64,000 nt of DNA from positions 9,494-73,493 of the forward strand of contig JAZORD010000052.1 of assembly GCA_045656445.1 (NCBI GenBank), given 5' to 3'. Source of the stretch: Eubacteriales bacterium (GTDB lineage: Bacteria; Bacillota; Clostridia; Oscillospirales; CAG-272). The notes beneath the pieces were generated by a model that searched no databases, was not told where the DNA came from, and saw only the letters and a program-made list of their open reading frames with translations. Positions within the stretch are counted from its first letter, which is position 1. The number at the start of each line of letters is the position of its first letter. This document shows positions 17,982 to 27,494 of this stretch, one piece after another. Both the position numbers and the translations under genes were made by a program.

Positions 17982-18010
17982 ATTTTATCACAATATTGAC
18001 TGTTTGTCAA
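17982..18010 (-). promoter_or_regulatory. sigma-A type promoter of the T-box/metY-metA unit (TTGACA-17-TAAAAT)
   Basis: Reverse strand reads ttgaca(17 nt)taaaat. The -35 sits in the small palindrome attgac-tgtt-tgtcaat. Confidence 0.6.
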
Positions 18011-18030
18011 TATATTTTTTACTTAGTCTG

Positions 18031-18067
18031 TAAAAATAAACAAAACGGAGATGACATCTCCGTTTTG
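18031..18067 (-). terminator. intrinsic terminator after the acidic zinc-ribbon gene
   Basis: caaaacggagatg / catctccgttttg 13-bp stem followed on the reverse strand by tttattttta. Confidence 0.75.
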
Positions 18068-18076
18068 TTTCATAAA

Positions 18077-18508
18077 TTATTCGCAATCCTTGCTCTCGCA
18101 CTCATTACAATCGCCGTCGCAAAGCTCGACGTCGCCTACTTTTTCTCCGCACGCAGGGCATACAAGAGAGTCGGTGTCAAGTGAATCGTCAAAACAAACG
18201 GTTTCACCGCAATTCGGACACTCAAGCTCGTAATACTCGGAATCGTCGTCATAATAATCCTCATCGTCCTCATCCGCGTCATCATCGGTGAGATAGAGGT
18301 CCTCTTCAACAGCACCAAGGTCCTCGTCAATTTCCTCAATGTAATCGCGAAGCTCTGCGTTGTCCGCTTCAAGAGCTGCGATTTTATCAGCCATATCGGA
18401 GATAAGATTAAGCATCTCGCCGATTATTTTCACCTCTTTTGAGTCCCTGTTCAAATCAGAGCCGTCAAAAAGCCCCTTGATATACGCTGCATTTTCGTTA
18501 ATATTCAT
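18077..18508 (-). CDS. highly acidic coiled-coil / double Cys-cluster zinc-ribbon protein (resembles the clostridial CD1247-type family), function unknown
   Basis: 143 aa. N-terminal helical part (KIAALEADNAELRDYIEEIDEDL), a poly-D/E tract, CPNCG..(17)..CPACG zinc ribbon, and a terminal CDGDCNECESKDC cluster. RBS aaaggaaaa. No terminator between it and efp. Confidence 0.6.
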   Translation of the reverse strand: MNINENAAYIKGLFDGSDLNRDSKEVKIIGEMLNLISDMADKIAALEADNAELRDYIEEIDEDLGAVEEDLYLTDDDADEDDEDYYDDDSEYYELECPNCGETVCFDDSLDTDSLVCPACGEKVGDVELCDGDCNECESKDCE

Positions 18509-18572
18509 CTTGTTTTCCTTTCTTATTAAAGATGCTCCCCAAAATACAAGGAGAGCTTCTTTAAGTATTTAA

Positions 18573-19130
18573 TTATGCTCTTTCGAGATATTCACCGGTT
18601 CTTGTATCAACTCTGAGCACGTCGCCCTCGTTGATGAAAATCGGAACCTTAATTACCGCGCCGGTTTCAAGAGTCGCGGGCTTGGTAACGTTTGTCGCCG
18701 TATCACCGCGAACGCCGGGCTCGGTTTCGGTAACTGCAAGCTCAACGAACGTTGGGGGCTCAACCGAGAACACCTTACCCTTAAATGATACTATCTTACA
18801 CATCATCTCTTCCTTAACGAAGCGGAAGTTATCGCCAACGGTGTCGTGTGAAATGAGAGTTTCCTCCCATGTTTCAGTATCCATAAAGTGATAAAGGTCG
18901 CCGTCGTCATAAGAATACTGCATATCTTTTCTTTCAATTACGGCATTTTCAAACTTTGCCGTAGGGTTGAAGGACTGCTCGCGGATAGTACCGGTCATTA
19001 CATCCTTATACTTGGTTCTTACAAAAGCTGCGCCTTTACCGGGCTTAACGTGCTGGAACTCAATAACCTGATATACCTTGCCATCCATTTCAAAGGTAAC
19101 GCCGTTTTTAAAATCACCTGCTGTTATCAT
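18573..19130 (-). CDS. efp: translation elongation factor P
   Basis: 185 aa. [40 protein letters not shown] with the conserved modified-Lys loop PGKG. Confidence 0.95.
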   Translation of the reverse strand: MITAGDFKNGVTFEMDGKVYQVIEFQHVKPGKGAAFVRTKYKDVMTGTIREQSFNPTAKFENAVIERKDMQYSYDDGDLYHFMDTETWEETLISHDTVGDNFRFVKEEMMCKIVSFKGKVFSVEPPTFVELAVTETEPGVRGDTATNVTKPATLETGAVIKVPIFINEGDVLRVDTRTGEYLERA

Positions 19131-19209
19131 TACAAATTTCCTTTTCTTGACGATTAGTTAATTACGATGCAAGCCGCCAAAGTTGCACCACACAAAAGTA
19201 TTCTATCTT

Positions 19210-19238
19210 ATTGTACTATAATTTTAGCAGTTTTTCAA
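19210..19238 (-). promoter_or_regulatory. sigma-A type promoter of efp (TTGAAA-17-TACAAT)
   Basis: Reverse strand reads ttgaaa(17 nt)tacaat, about 75 nt upstream of efp. Confidence 0.55.
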
Positions 19239-19275
19239 TAGGTAAACGCAATATTTTTATATTTTTTTGGAAAAA

Positions 19276-20346
19276 TCAGAAAATTTCTATAAGTTCTTTG
19301 GTCGAATGAGTAAAATTGTATATGCCATCCTTCTCTATTGCGACCATATCCTCAATTCTGCAACCGTATTTGCCGAAAAGATATATTCCCGGCTCTGCCG
19401 TGTATATTTCACCGACGCGCATTTTTTGGCCAAACGACACCCTTGAAAGCCTCGGACTCTCGTGAATAAAAAGACCAACCGAATGTCCAAGTGAGTGACC
19501 GAAAGCGCCCCTATATTCTGTCTCGCTGTCGATAATATCCCGCGCTATCTTATCTGCCTCGCCGCAATCTGCGCCCTCCTTCATATATTCAATAGCTGAA
19601 AGCTGCGCTCTAAGAACGGTATTATATAGCTTCTTTATCTCACTGTCAGCTTTTCCTATTACGAGCGTTCTCGTCATATCCGAGCAATATCCCTTATATT
19701 TTGCGCCGTAGTCAAGCGTAAGGAAGCCTTTGTTCAGCTTTACGTTTCTCGGCGTTCCGTGAGGAAGCGCAGAAGCATCACCCGAAACGGCAATAGTATC
19801 AAAGGCCACTCCGTCAGCTCCCGACCTTCTCATAAAGTATTCGAGCTCTGCGGCAAGCTCAATTTCCGTCATATCGGTTTTTATAACGCTTAATAAGTGA
19901 GAAAACGCCGCGTCGGTTATATCCTGCGCTTTTTGCATTATCGCCATCTCCTCAGCGTCCTTTATCTCACGAAGCTGCTCTATTGTATTACCGATGCTTA
20001 CAAATTCAATGTTAGGATACTTTTCCTTATATCTGTTATAGGTATTAAAGGAAACAAAGTCCCCCTCGAGACCTAACGTTTTAACGCCATCGGAACAGAG
20101 AACCTTTGAAATATATTCATCTCTGCTTTCGGGTATAACAACGTTATACTCCCTATCTGCAGCCCCTTGAGCCATTTCGTAATATCTGAAATCGGTAATT
20201 AGTTCTGCACTGCTTTGGGTTATCAAAAGCAGACCGTCCGTAAATGCAAAGCCGGAAAGGTAATGCTGATTGAGCTCATCAAGCACTATTGCGCCGTCAA
20301 CGCCTATCTCCCTTAGTTTATTTCGAAATTTTTCAAGTCTTGTCAT
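19276..20346 (-). CDS. pepP: Xaa-Pro aminopeptidase / M24 family peptidase
   Basis: 356 aa. Creatinase-like N-terminal domain plus M24 pita-bread domain with HSLGHSVGLFIHE and AEPGIY motifs. Confidence 0.85.
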   Translation of the reverse strand: MTRLEKFRNKLREIGVDGAIVLDELNQHYLSGFAFTDGLLLITQSSAELITDFRYYEMAQGAADREYNVVIPESRDEYISKVLCSDGVKTLGLEGDFVSFNTYNRYKEKYPNIEFVSIGNTIEQLREIKDAEEMAIMQKAQDITDAAFSHLLSVIKTDMTEIELAAELEYFMRRSGADGVAFDTIAVSGDASALPHGTPRNVKLNKGFLTLDYGAKYKGYCSDMTRTLVIGKADSEIKKLYNTVLRAQLSAIEYMKEGADCGEADKIARDIIDSETEYRGAFGHSLGHSVGLFIHESPRLSRVSFGQKMRVGEIYTAEPGIYLFGKYGCRIEDMVAIEKDGIYNFTHSTKELIEIF

Positions 20347-21191
20347 TTTATAAGTTCCTCGTAATAGTTTTTCATAGCCAAAGCGTCGTCGGACTGAGTT
20401 CCGGCCGACTCACTTATTATAGTAGGTGTCAGCGAATTTTTCACTATTGCTTCAACAAGTGGCTCGAAATCAGGTCCGTATACCGTGTCGGCGAAGGTTA
20501 GGTGCTTTTTTTCTCCCGCAGCTGTCCACTCGATTTTTGAAAAGTGACAGTGAAGATTTTTAGCAATCTCTGCACCGAGCGCTCTGTCAATTCTGTCAAA
20601 AACTCGGAGATAATCATCCGCGCTTTTAAAAACCCCTCCGCATTCTCTTGCATTCATATGTCCAAAATCAACCACAGGGACGAACGCCGAATCTATTCTG
20701 CAAAGCTCAAGCACCTCGTCAAGTGTTCCGAGTTGATTAACCTTACCCATAGTTTCAAGTCCGATTTTAATACCGTACGTATCAACCGATGAAAGAGTTT
20801 TTACTAGTGTGTCAGCGGCAAGACGCATCGCTTCATCACGTGAAATTTTTGCCGCGGATCCGGTATGGACAACTATGGTTTTAGCGCCAAGCAGCCTTGC
20901 TGCATCAAGACTGTCAGCTATATATTTTATACTCTTGAGCCTTTTTTCAACATCAACCCCGGAAAGCGATATAAAATACGGGGTGTGAAAGGACATTTTG
21001 ATATTATGCACCAAGGCTTCCTTTCCTATTGCGGAAAGCATTGCAGATGATGCGGCAATTCCGTTTCCCGCCTCGTATTCATATGCATTCAAGCCGATGG
21101 AATTCAGCCATCTTGGAGCATCAAGTGTAGATTTACCGCCTGCAAGCTTAAATGCCTCGCTGTTTCCTCCCGGACCAAAATATGCCATCAC
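20343..21191 (-). CDS. xylose-isomerase-like TIM-barrel protein (AP endonuclease family 2-like)
   Basis: 282 aa. Metal-ligand-like His/Asp/Glu positions (FHTPY, VVHTGS, DFGH, HCHFSKIE) in the Nfo-like TIM-barrel pattern. Specific function not assignable. Confidence 0.55.
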   Translation of the reverse strand: MMAYFGPGGNSEAFKLAGGKSTLDAPRWLNSIGLNAYEYEAGNGIAASSAMLSAIGKEALVHNIKMSFHTPYFISLSGVDVEKRLKSIKYIADSLDAARLLGAKTIVVHTGSAAKISRDEAMRLAADTLVKTLSSVDTYGIKIGLETMGKVNQLGTLDEVLELCRIDSAFVPVVDFGHMNARECGGVFKSADDYLRVFDRIDRALGAEIAKNLHCHFSKIEWTAAGEKKHLTFADTVYGPDFEPLVEAIVKNSLTPTIISESAGTQSDDALAMKNYYEELIK

Positions 21192-21694
21192 AAATTCTTC
21201 CTTTTTTCATATTTTTTGAGTACCGGCCGCTCAAGCAACCGTTTAAAACGGGTAAAGAGATCCCGCTTATCCTTTATCGGAGGGACGAGAATTGCCCTGA
21301 TGCCGACGTTGTGCGCCGCCCAAACGTCAGTAAAAACCTGATCTCCCATAAGAATCGTTTCATCCGGAGCGGTATTCATATCTGCCATAGCTCGCAAAAG
21401 ATTTCTCTTGAAGGGCTTTTTTGCCTTATAATACGCAGGCAACGAAAGCTCCCTGTTAAAAATCTCCACTCTTTCCTTACAGTTGTTCGAAACTATTGCC
21501 GCGCGTATACCGTTATCTGCCAGAGTCTTAATCCAGCTACGTACACTCTCGCCGGGCGTTGCATTCTCATACGGCTCAAGAGTGTTATCTATATCAAGAA
21601 TTATACCGCGAACACCTATGCTAAGTAAAAAATGTGCGTCGGGTACATCAAATCTATCAAATCTATATTCGGGAACAAAGGTAAACCCCATCAT
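21188..21694 (-). CDS. yqeG: YqeG-family HAD-IIIA phosphatase
   Basis: 168 aa. ILDIDNTL DxDxT motif, SNN, GDQVFTD. Matches the YqeG family in size and context. Confidence 0.85.
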   Translation of the reverse strand: MMGFTFVPEYRFDRFDVPDAHFLLSIGVRGIILDIDNTLEPYENATPGESVRSWIKTLADNGIRAAIVSNNCKERVEIFNRELSLPAYYKAKKPFKRNLLRAMADMNTAPDETILMGDQVFTDVWAAHNVGIRAILVPPIKDKRDLFTRFKRLLERPVLKKYEKRKNL

Positions 21695-21737
21695 TATCCT
21701 CCAACCAAGAACAAATGAGTGATTAATCGCTGTAAGT

Positions 21738-21766
21738 ATTTTAACAAAAATACGTTATAAAGTCAA
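21738..21766 (-). promoter_or_regulatory. sigma-A type promoter of the yqeG operon (TTGACT-17-TAAAAT)
   Basis: Reverse strand reads ttgact(17 nt)taaaat. Confidence 0.55.
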
Positions 21767-21771
21767 TAGCA

Positions 21772-21801
21772 TAAAAAAATACCGACGCATTTGCATCGGT
21801 A
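21772..21801 (-). terminator. intrinsic terminator after tRNA-Arg
   Basis: Reverse strand: accgaugc-aaa-gcgucggu stem followed by U7. Confidence 0.75.
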
Positions 21802-21808
21802 TAATTCG

Positions 21809-21884
21809 TGGCGCGCCCAGGAGGATTCGAACCTTCGACCTACCGGTTCGTAGCCGGGCACTCTATCCACTGAGCTATGGGCGC
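21809..21884 (-). tRNA. tRNA-Arg (anticodon ACG), CCA encoded
   Basis: Reverse strand reads gcgccca...cuACGaa...ggttcgaatcc...tgggcgc-g-cca. Perfect acceptor stem. One mismatch each in the anticodon and T stems. Confidence 0.85.
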
Positions 21885-21888
21885 AATT

Positions 21889-21962
<74 letters not shown>

Positions 21963-21975
21963 ACACAGCCATTAT

Positions 21976-22004
21976 ATAATATCACATAGTTTTTGATTTG
22001 TCAA
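21976..22004 (-). promoter_or_regulatory. sigma-A type promoter of the tRNA-Gly/tRNA-Arg pair (TTGACA-17-TATTAT)
   Basis: Reverse strand reads ttgaca(17 nt)tattat, 14 nt upstream of the tRNA-Gly 5' end. Confidence 0.55.
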
Positions 22005-22029
22005 TACTTTTTAAAAAGTTTTTGTGATA

Positions 22030-22069
22030 TTTTAAAAAATTTTCGGACGCAGTTTTAAATTCTGCGTCC
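22030..22069 (-). terminator. intrinsic terminator after leuS
   Basis: cggacgcag / ctgcgtccg 9-bp stem followed on the reverse strand by aaaatttttt. Confidence 0.7.
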
Positions 22070-22081
22070 GTGTGTGTTATA

Positions 22082-24484
22082 TTACTTTACAACTATATTT
22101 ATAATCTTTCCGGGTACTACGATTTCTTTTATAACCGTTTTACCTTCAATTGCCGAAATTACCTTCTCGTCGCTGCGAGCTACTGAAAGAACGGTTTCCC
22201 TGTCAGCGTCCTTTTCAACAGTAATTGTTGATTTAACCTTACCGTTTACCTGAATGGGAAGCTCTATAGTGCTGTCAACCGTCTTGCTTTCATCGTACTC
22301 GGGCCACTTTGCAAGAGATACGAGTCCTGTAAAGCCAAGAGCCTCGTAAATTTCCTCTGCAAGATGCGGAGCAAAAGGAGAAAGAAGAACCGTGAGCATA
22401 CAAAGCTCGTCCTTTGTAATTTTCCCAACCTCGTATACGGTGTTAAGAGTACCCATCATAGCAGCGATTGCGGTATTGAATTTCATAGAATCAATATCGC
22501 CCGTAACCTTTTTGATAAGCTTATGGATGTGCTTTTCAAGCTCCGGAGTAAAGCCGTCGCCGTCCACCATATCAAGAAGGTTATAAAAACGCTCAAGGAA
22601 TCTCTTACAGCCTTTTATCGATTGAGTATTCCAAGGCGCAGACTGCTCAAAATCACCTATGAACATTTCATAAAGACGCATAGTATCCGCGCCGTAATCT
22701 CTGACAATATCGTCGGGATTTACTACGTTACCTCTGGATTTTGACATCTTCTCGCCGTTTTCACCGAGAATCATTCCGTGACTCGTCCTCTTAAGGTATG
22801 GCTCCTTGCATGAAACCGTATCAATATCGTAAAGGAATTTAGACCAGAAGCGAGAGTACAAAAGGTGAAGAGTCGTATGCTCCATACCTCCGTTATACCA
22901 ATCGACCGGCATCCAGTAATCAAGCGCTTCCTTGGATGCAAACTCTTTATCGTTATGCGGGTCGCAATATCTCAGGAAATACCACGAGGAGCCTGCCCAT
23001 TGCGGCATAGTATCGGTTTCTCTCTTTGCTGCGCCGCCGCACTGAGGGCACTTACAATTTACCCACTCGGTCATAAGCGAAAGCGGTGATTCTCCGTTTT
23101 CGGTAGGCTCGTAGGATTCAACCTCCGGAAGCTCTACGGGGAGTTCAGATTCCGGAACAGCAACCCAACCGCACTTTTCACAGTTAACGAGAGGTATAGG
23201 CTCGCCCCAGTATCTTTGACGGGAGAATACCCAGTCGCGAAGCTTGAAGTTTACCTTTTCCTTACCTATGCCGCGTTCTTCAAGATGCTTTATCATAGCG
23301 ACCTTAGCATCGGCAACCTCAAGACCGTTGAGGAAATCCGAATTTACAATTTTTCCGGTTTCAACATCGGTATATGGCTCGTCCGCAACGTTACCGCCTG
23401 CCACGACCTCTATTATAGGAAGGTTGAATTTTTTAGCAAAATCCCAGTCCCTGTCATCGTGGGCAGGAACTGCCATTATAGCTCCCGTACCGTATCCGGC
23501 AAGTACGTAATCGGAAATGAAAATAGGTATTTCCATTCCGTTAGCCGGGTTAATAGCTTTAACACCCTTAAGCTCTACGCCAGTCTTATCCTTTACAAGC
23601 TCCGTGCGCTCGAAGTCGGATTTTTTTGCGGCTTCCTTCCTATACGCCTCGATTTCGTCATAATTTACGAGAATATTCTTCCATTTTTCAACACACTCGT
23701 GCTCCGGAGCAATTACCATATAGGTAGCGCCGAAAAGCGTATCGCACCTTGTAGTATATACCTTAAGCTTGTCGCCTGCAGTCGTTTCGAAATCCACCTC
23801 TGCGCCATTGGATTTTCCTATCCAGTTTACCTGCTGCGTCTTGACTCTGTCTATGTAATCAAGACCGTCAAGGTCGGATATAAGTCTGTCTGCATACTCG
23901 GTAATTTTGAGCATCCACTGACTCTTGACCTTTCTTATAACCTCAGACTGACATCTTTCGCAAACGCCGTTTACTACCTCCTCGTTTGCAAGGACGACCT
24001 TACAGGATGTACAGAAATTAACCGACATCTCCTTCTTATACGCTAGTCCTTTTTTAAAAAGCTGAAGGAATATCCACTGAGTCCATTTATAGTAGCCGGG
24101 GTCGGTGGTGTTTATCTCCCTTGACCAGTCAAAAGAAAGGCCAAGTGCCTTTAGCTGCGACTTAAATCTTGCAACGTTTTTTTCGGTAACTATTTTGGGA
24201 TGAATTTTATTTTTAATTGCGTAGTTTTCTGTAGGAAGACCAAATGCATCCCATCCCATAGGAAAAAGAACGTTATATCCCTGCATCCTTTTTTTACGCG
24301 ATACTATATCAAGCGCGGTGTAGGGACGCGGGTGTCCTACATGCAAGCCCTGTCCCGAAGGATACGGAAACTCAACGAGCGCAAAATATTTGGGCAAAGA
24401 AAAATCCTGCTTTGCACAAAACGCGTTCGCCTCATCCCACTTTTTTTGCCATTTTGCTTCGATGTTTTTGTAATCGTAGTTCAT
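22082..24484 (-). CDS. leuS: leucine--tRNA ligase
   Basis: 800 aa. HIGH-type motif (GLHVGH), KMSKS motif (EKMSKSRGN), and the CP1 editing domain. Confidence 0.97.
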   Translation of the reverse strand: MNYDYKNIEAKWQKKWDEANAFCAKQDFSLPKYFALVEFPYPSGQGLHVGHPRPYTALDIVSRKKRMQGYNVLFPMGWDAFGLPTENYAIKNKIHPKIVTEKNVARFKSQLKALGLSFDWSREINTTDPGYYKWTQWIFLQLFKKGLAYKKEMSVNFCTSCKVVLANEEVVNGVCERCQSEVIRKVKSQWMLKITEYADRLISDLDGLDYIDRVKTQQVNWIGKSNGAEVDFETTAGDKLKVYTTRCDTLFGATYMVIAPEHECVEKWKNILVNYDEIEAYRKEAAKKSDFERTELVKDKTGVELKGVKAINPANGMEIPIFISDYVLAGYGTGAIMAVPAHDDRDWDFAKKFNLPIIEVVAGGNVADEPYTDVETGKIVNSDFLNGLEVADAKVAMIKHLEERGIGKEKVNFKLRDWVFSRQRYWGEPIPLVNCEKCGWVAVPESELPVELPEVESYEPTENGESPLSLMTEWVNCKCPQCGGAAKRETDTMPQWAGSSWYFLRYCDPHNDKEFASKEALDYWMPVDWYNGGMEHTTLHLLYSRFWSKFLYDIDTVSCKEPYLKRTSHGMILGENGEKMSKSRGNVVNPDDIVRDYGADTMRLYEMFIGDFEQSAPWNTQSIKGCKRFLERFYNLLDMVDGDGFTPELEKHIHKLIKKVTGDIDSMKFNTAIAAMMGTLNTVYEVGKITKDELCMLTVLLSPFAPHLAEEIYEALGFTGLVSLAKWPEYDESKTVDSTIELPIQVNGKVKSTITVEKDADRETVLSVARSDEKVISAIEGKTVIKEIVVPGKIINIVVK

Positions 24485-24485
24485 T

Positions 24486-24914
24486 TCAGTCTTCCTTTTT
24501 ATTGTTTATATCATATTTTTTATCTACTTCTAAAATTACGTCCGAAATATCCCTTTCGGCAGATTCCGGAAGCAAGCGGTCGAAATTGTAAAAATCGCGT
24601 GATTCTTTATCAAATATATTTACGATTACGTCACCGTAATCAACCAGTATCCAAGAATTTCCCGCACGTCCCTCAACACGCAGGGCTTCCCTTCCAAAAA
24701 GACCAAGCTTGTAGGTAAGCTCATCTGCCAGCGACACTACATTCGTAGACGAGCGTCCAGTTGCATTAATATAAAAATCGGTAATGGAGCTATCCTCGCA
24801 AACGTTATATAGCTTCACGTCAAGAGCCTTTTTTTCTACGAGCACATAAACCGCCGCTTTTGCTAGCATCAAGGAATCGGATTTAGATAAAACTCCGTCT
24901 TTTAAATTATCCAT
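24486..24914 (-). CDS. rsfS: ribosome silencing factor RsfS (iojap family)
   Basis: 142 aa. Motifs [14 protein letters not shown] and [14 protein letters not shown] are characteristic. Conserved position after yqeK. Confidence 0.85.
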   Translation of the reverse strand: MDNLKDGVLSKSDSLMLAKAAVYVLVEKKALDVKLYNVCEDSSITDFYINATGRSSTNVVSLADELTYKLGLFGREALRVEGRAGNSWILVDYGDVIVNIFDKESRDFYNFDRLLPESAERDISDVILEVDKKYDINNKKED

Positions 24915-24917
24915 TAT

Positions 24918-25925
24918 TTACTGTCCTTTCATACTTCGGGCAATTATAATATCATCAATATCCCCTTGTTTATATTCGCGATAAGTTATATTTTCACGGT
25001 AATAAATTTCTTCTATTTCCGCTTCGGCAGGATTTGTACATATTTTGTTTCGGTCAAATGTATCGCTTGAAAAAAGTCTTTCCGAGGAAAGACGCTCGCA
25101 CGCCTTTTTATTTAAAACATAATACGAAGTTCCGCTTGAGTGTAAAAATGGCGCACCCGGCACAGTTACGTAGGTAATACCCGCCTGCTTTAGTCTTGAA
25201 AAATTTTTGATAAAAGCGGTTGCCGTTTCGGTAAAGGAAAAATCTGTGACAACTCCTTTATCCAAGGAAAAAGCAAGTTTTACAAGCTTATCAAACCCTA
25301 TATGCTCAGTAAAGGTCTTGTAAAGTCCGCCGAAAAATATTTTTTGAGCATCAATTCTCCCGAGATCTCCCATAGCATAGCTTTTTCGATGCCTTATAAA
25401 AACCTCTGCCTTTTTTCCATCCAGAAGATTTTGACCCCTCTTCAGAACAAAGGATTCTCCCGGGCGCTTTGATTCGTAAACGAAATCCATGGGTAAATTA
25501 ATCAGTACTCCTCCTATGGAATCAACCGCCTCGCGAAATGATTTTGTAGTCATAGCAACGTATCCGTCGAAGGATATACTAAAAATTTGACCGATGAAGT
25601 CCGCAGTTTTTTTCATTGCAACCTGCGGTGAGTCCTCTTTCCTACGAAAATGAGAATATAGCTGATTAATTTTGTTCTGATACCCGTCGAAATTACAGTA
25701 GGTATCCCTTGGAATCTGCAAAACAGAGGATTCGTTAGACACGCTGTCATAGGAAACCATAACCAAAACGTCGGTATTGTCTGCCGCATCATCAAGTCCA
25801 GCAACAAGATACCTGTATGTCGTTGCAGAAACAGTCTTGGTAAAAACCGCAAGCGTATTCAGCGCCTGTGTTGCGAAAGCTCCGGCTAAGAGAGCAATAA
25901 AGAAAACCTTAAATATACTTTTCAT
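24918..25925 (-). CDS. LytR/CpsA/Psr (LCP) family cell-envelope phosphotransferase
   Basis: 335 aa. N-terminal TM helix, then an LCP core (DTDVLVMVSYD...LQIPRDTY...NQLY, R..HRKSY..GDLGRIDAQ). Confidence 0.8.
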   Translation of the reverse strand: MKSIFKVFFIALLAGAFATQALNTLAVFTKTVSATTYRYLVAGLDDAADNTDVLVMVSYDSVSNESSVLQIPRDTYCNFDGYQNKINQLYSHFRRKEDSPQVAMKKTADFIGQIFSISFDGYVAMTTKSFREAVDSIGGVLINLPMDFVYESKRPGESFVLKRGQNLLDGKKAEVFIRHRKSYAMGDLGRIDAQKIFFGGLYKTFTEHIGFDKLVKLAFSLDKGVVTDFSFTETATAFIKNFSRLKQAGITYVTVPGAPFLHSSGTSYYVLNKKACERLSSERLFSSDTFDRNKICTNPAEAEIEEIYYRENITYREYKQGDIDDIIIARSMKGQ

Positions 25926-25979
25926 TGCAAAAACCCCTATTTTTTATTAGCTTTTGCAAAAATATATTTTTCAGTTGTG

Positions 25980-26600
25980 TTATATTTTACTCAATAATGC
26001 ATTTCTTGTCAATACGTTTTTTGAGTTTATCGGTTTTTTATTTTTTCTAAGATGCTCTACCGTGAAGTCAATAGACATTACGCATGCCTTATGCAAAACC
26101 TCCACATTCTCATCCGTCCTGCCGGGCCTCATATTTTCAAAAACATATTTACGAACCGTAAGGGATGACGGATAGGTCCTCGTGTCCTCGATAAAATCGG
26201 ACAGAAAAATAATTTCATCAAAAACCGACATGTCAGGTGATCCTACCGTATGAAAAAGCGCAGCGGATAGAATGTTTTGGGTCGCAAATTTTTCAAAATC
26301 CCGTTTAATAACCGCCGGCGCGGTGAAGGCGTGAAGCACCGCCGGGGCGCCTTTGTCCTCGCTGTCAAGAAAAATATTCTCTTCCTCGATAATACGAAGC
26401 TGCTCGCTGTGAGAATATTCCTTTGAAATATCGTGAAGGAGCGCGGCAACCTCGGCTTCAGCGGCAAGGCTCGGAGCACAAAGCTCGGAAAGCGCTCTTG
26501 AAGCTCTGGCAACACCTAGAGTATGCAAATATCTCGGCTCTGAAAGTCGGACTTTAATCTCTTTTTTTAGCTCTTCTATTTCCTCGTTTGAAAAAGTCAT
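25980..26600 (-). CDS. yqeK: bis(5'-nucleosyl)-tetraphosphatase, HD-domain YqeK family
   Basis: 206 aa. RYLHTLGVA and ALLHDISK HD motifs. 4-nt overlap with nadD. Confidence 0.85.
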   Translation of the reverse strand: MTFSNEEIEELKKEIKVRLSEPRYLHTLGVARASRALSELCAPSLAAEAEVAALLHDISKEYSHSEQLRIIEEENIFLDSEDKGAPAVLHAFTAPAVIKRDFEKFATQNILSAALFHTVGSPDMSVFDEIIFLSDFIEDTRTYPSSLTVRKYVFENMRPGRTDENVEVLHKACVMSIDFTVEHLRKNKKPINSKNVLTRNALLSKI

Positions 26601-27208
26601 TTATAAAAACCCTTTTCCACAATATAATCGTAAACCCTCTCGGGTAAAAACTTGCTGATTTGTCTTGAATTTTTAACTGCAGCCCTGACCTCACTTGAGG
26701 AAACCTCTATTATTTGACCGGGAATTTTTATTATCCTCGCAGAGTATTTTTCCCTATATTCATTTATAAGACGGTCAATACGCAGGTCGTTTAGCGGGTC
26801 GCTCTCACGGCGTATAAAACAAATATTCGCGTGCTCAAATATCCTCTCAGGGCTGTACCACTCTCCAAGCGTCAAAAACATATCTGTCCCGCAAAGAAAA
26901 TAAAGCTCGGTATCAGGACTTGACAGAGCCTCAAGCGTCAGTGCTGTGTAGCTCTTGCCGCCCCTTTTGATTTCAAGGTCAGATACTTCAACATTTTCTA
27001 TATGCGAAAATGCCAACTCGCACATCTTAAGTCTGTCCTCAGCGGATACCTTACCGTCAAATTCCTTGTGCGGTGGCAAAAAATCGGGCATAATTATGAG
27101 CTTGTCAAACGCTATCACCTTTGCAAAGCTTTCTGCCGCGGCAACGTGACCTAAATGAGGAGGACTGAAGGTGCCGCCGTAAATTCCGATTTTCCGTTTT
27201 TTCATCAA
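26597..27208 (-). CDS. nadD: nicotinate-nucleotide adenylyltransferase
   Basis: 203 aa. GIYGGTFSPPHLGH motif and C-terminal SSSEVR. Confidence 0.92.
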   Translation of the reverse strand: MMKKRKIGIYGGTFSPPHLGHVAAAESFAKVIAFDKLIIMPDFLPPHKEFDGKVSAEDRLKMCELAFSHIENVEVSDLEIKRGGKSYTALTLEALSSPDTELYFLCGTDMFLTLGEWYSPERIFEHANICFIRRESDPLNDLRIDRLINEYREKYSARIIKIPGQIIEVSSSEVRAAVKNSRQISKFLPERVYDYIVEKGFYK

Positions 27209-27492
27209 ATCTCTATCCTTTTTTTCTTAACGGACTCCTTGTAGAGAACGAATTTCGTTCCAACACAGGCAACCACGTCGCAACCTATTACGCTTGCGAT
27301 TTTGTTTGCCGCTTCCTTTGCCGTATATCCGCTGTTATCAAGAACTCGAGCTTTTACAAGCTCCCTCGCCTCAAGAGCGTTAGAAATCTGACGGCAGGTT
27401 TCCTCGGAAATGCCCGCCTTTCCTATTTGAAATATAGTATCAAGCTCCGTCGCCAAGGAGCGAAGGTATGCCCTCTGTTTACTGTTTATCAT
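27205..27492 (-). CDS. yhbY: YhbY-family CRM-domain RNA-binding protein
   Basis: 95 aa. The pattern QRAYLRSLA..L..IFQIGK.GI is typical of YhbY/YqeI. Confidence 0.85.
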   Translation of the reverse strand: MINSKQRAYLRSLATELDTIFQIGKAGISEETCRQISNALEARELVKARVLDNSGYTAKEAANKIASVIGCDVVACVGTKFVLYKESVKKKRIEI

Positions 27493-27494
27493 AA

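Noticed and set aside
23216-24046. Large antisense ORFs inside long genes: 276 aa opposite leuS; 234 aa and 212 aa opposite topA/dprA (36867-37571, 37911-38549); 204 aa opposite lon (43514-44128); 222 aa opposite mutS/ylbF (56456-57124); 192 aa opposite dxs (58966-59544).
   Set aside because: They are shadow ORFs. They are entirely nested in strongly supported genes on the other strand, their composition is rich in R/L/F/Y/C junk, and they have no RBS or recognisable motifs.
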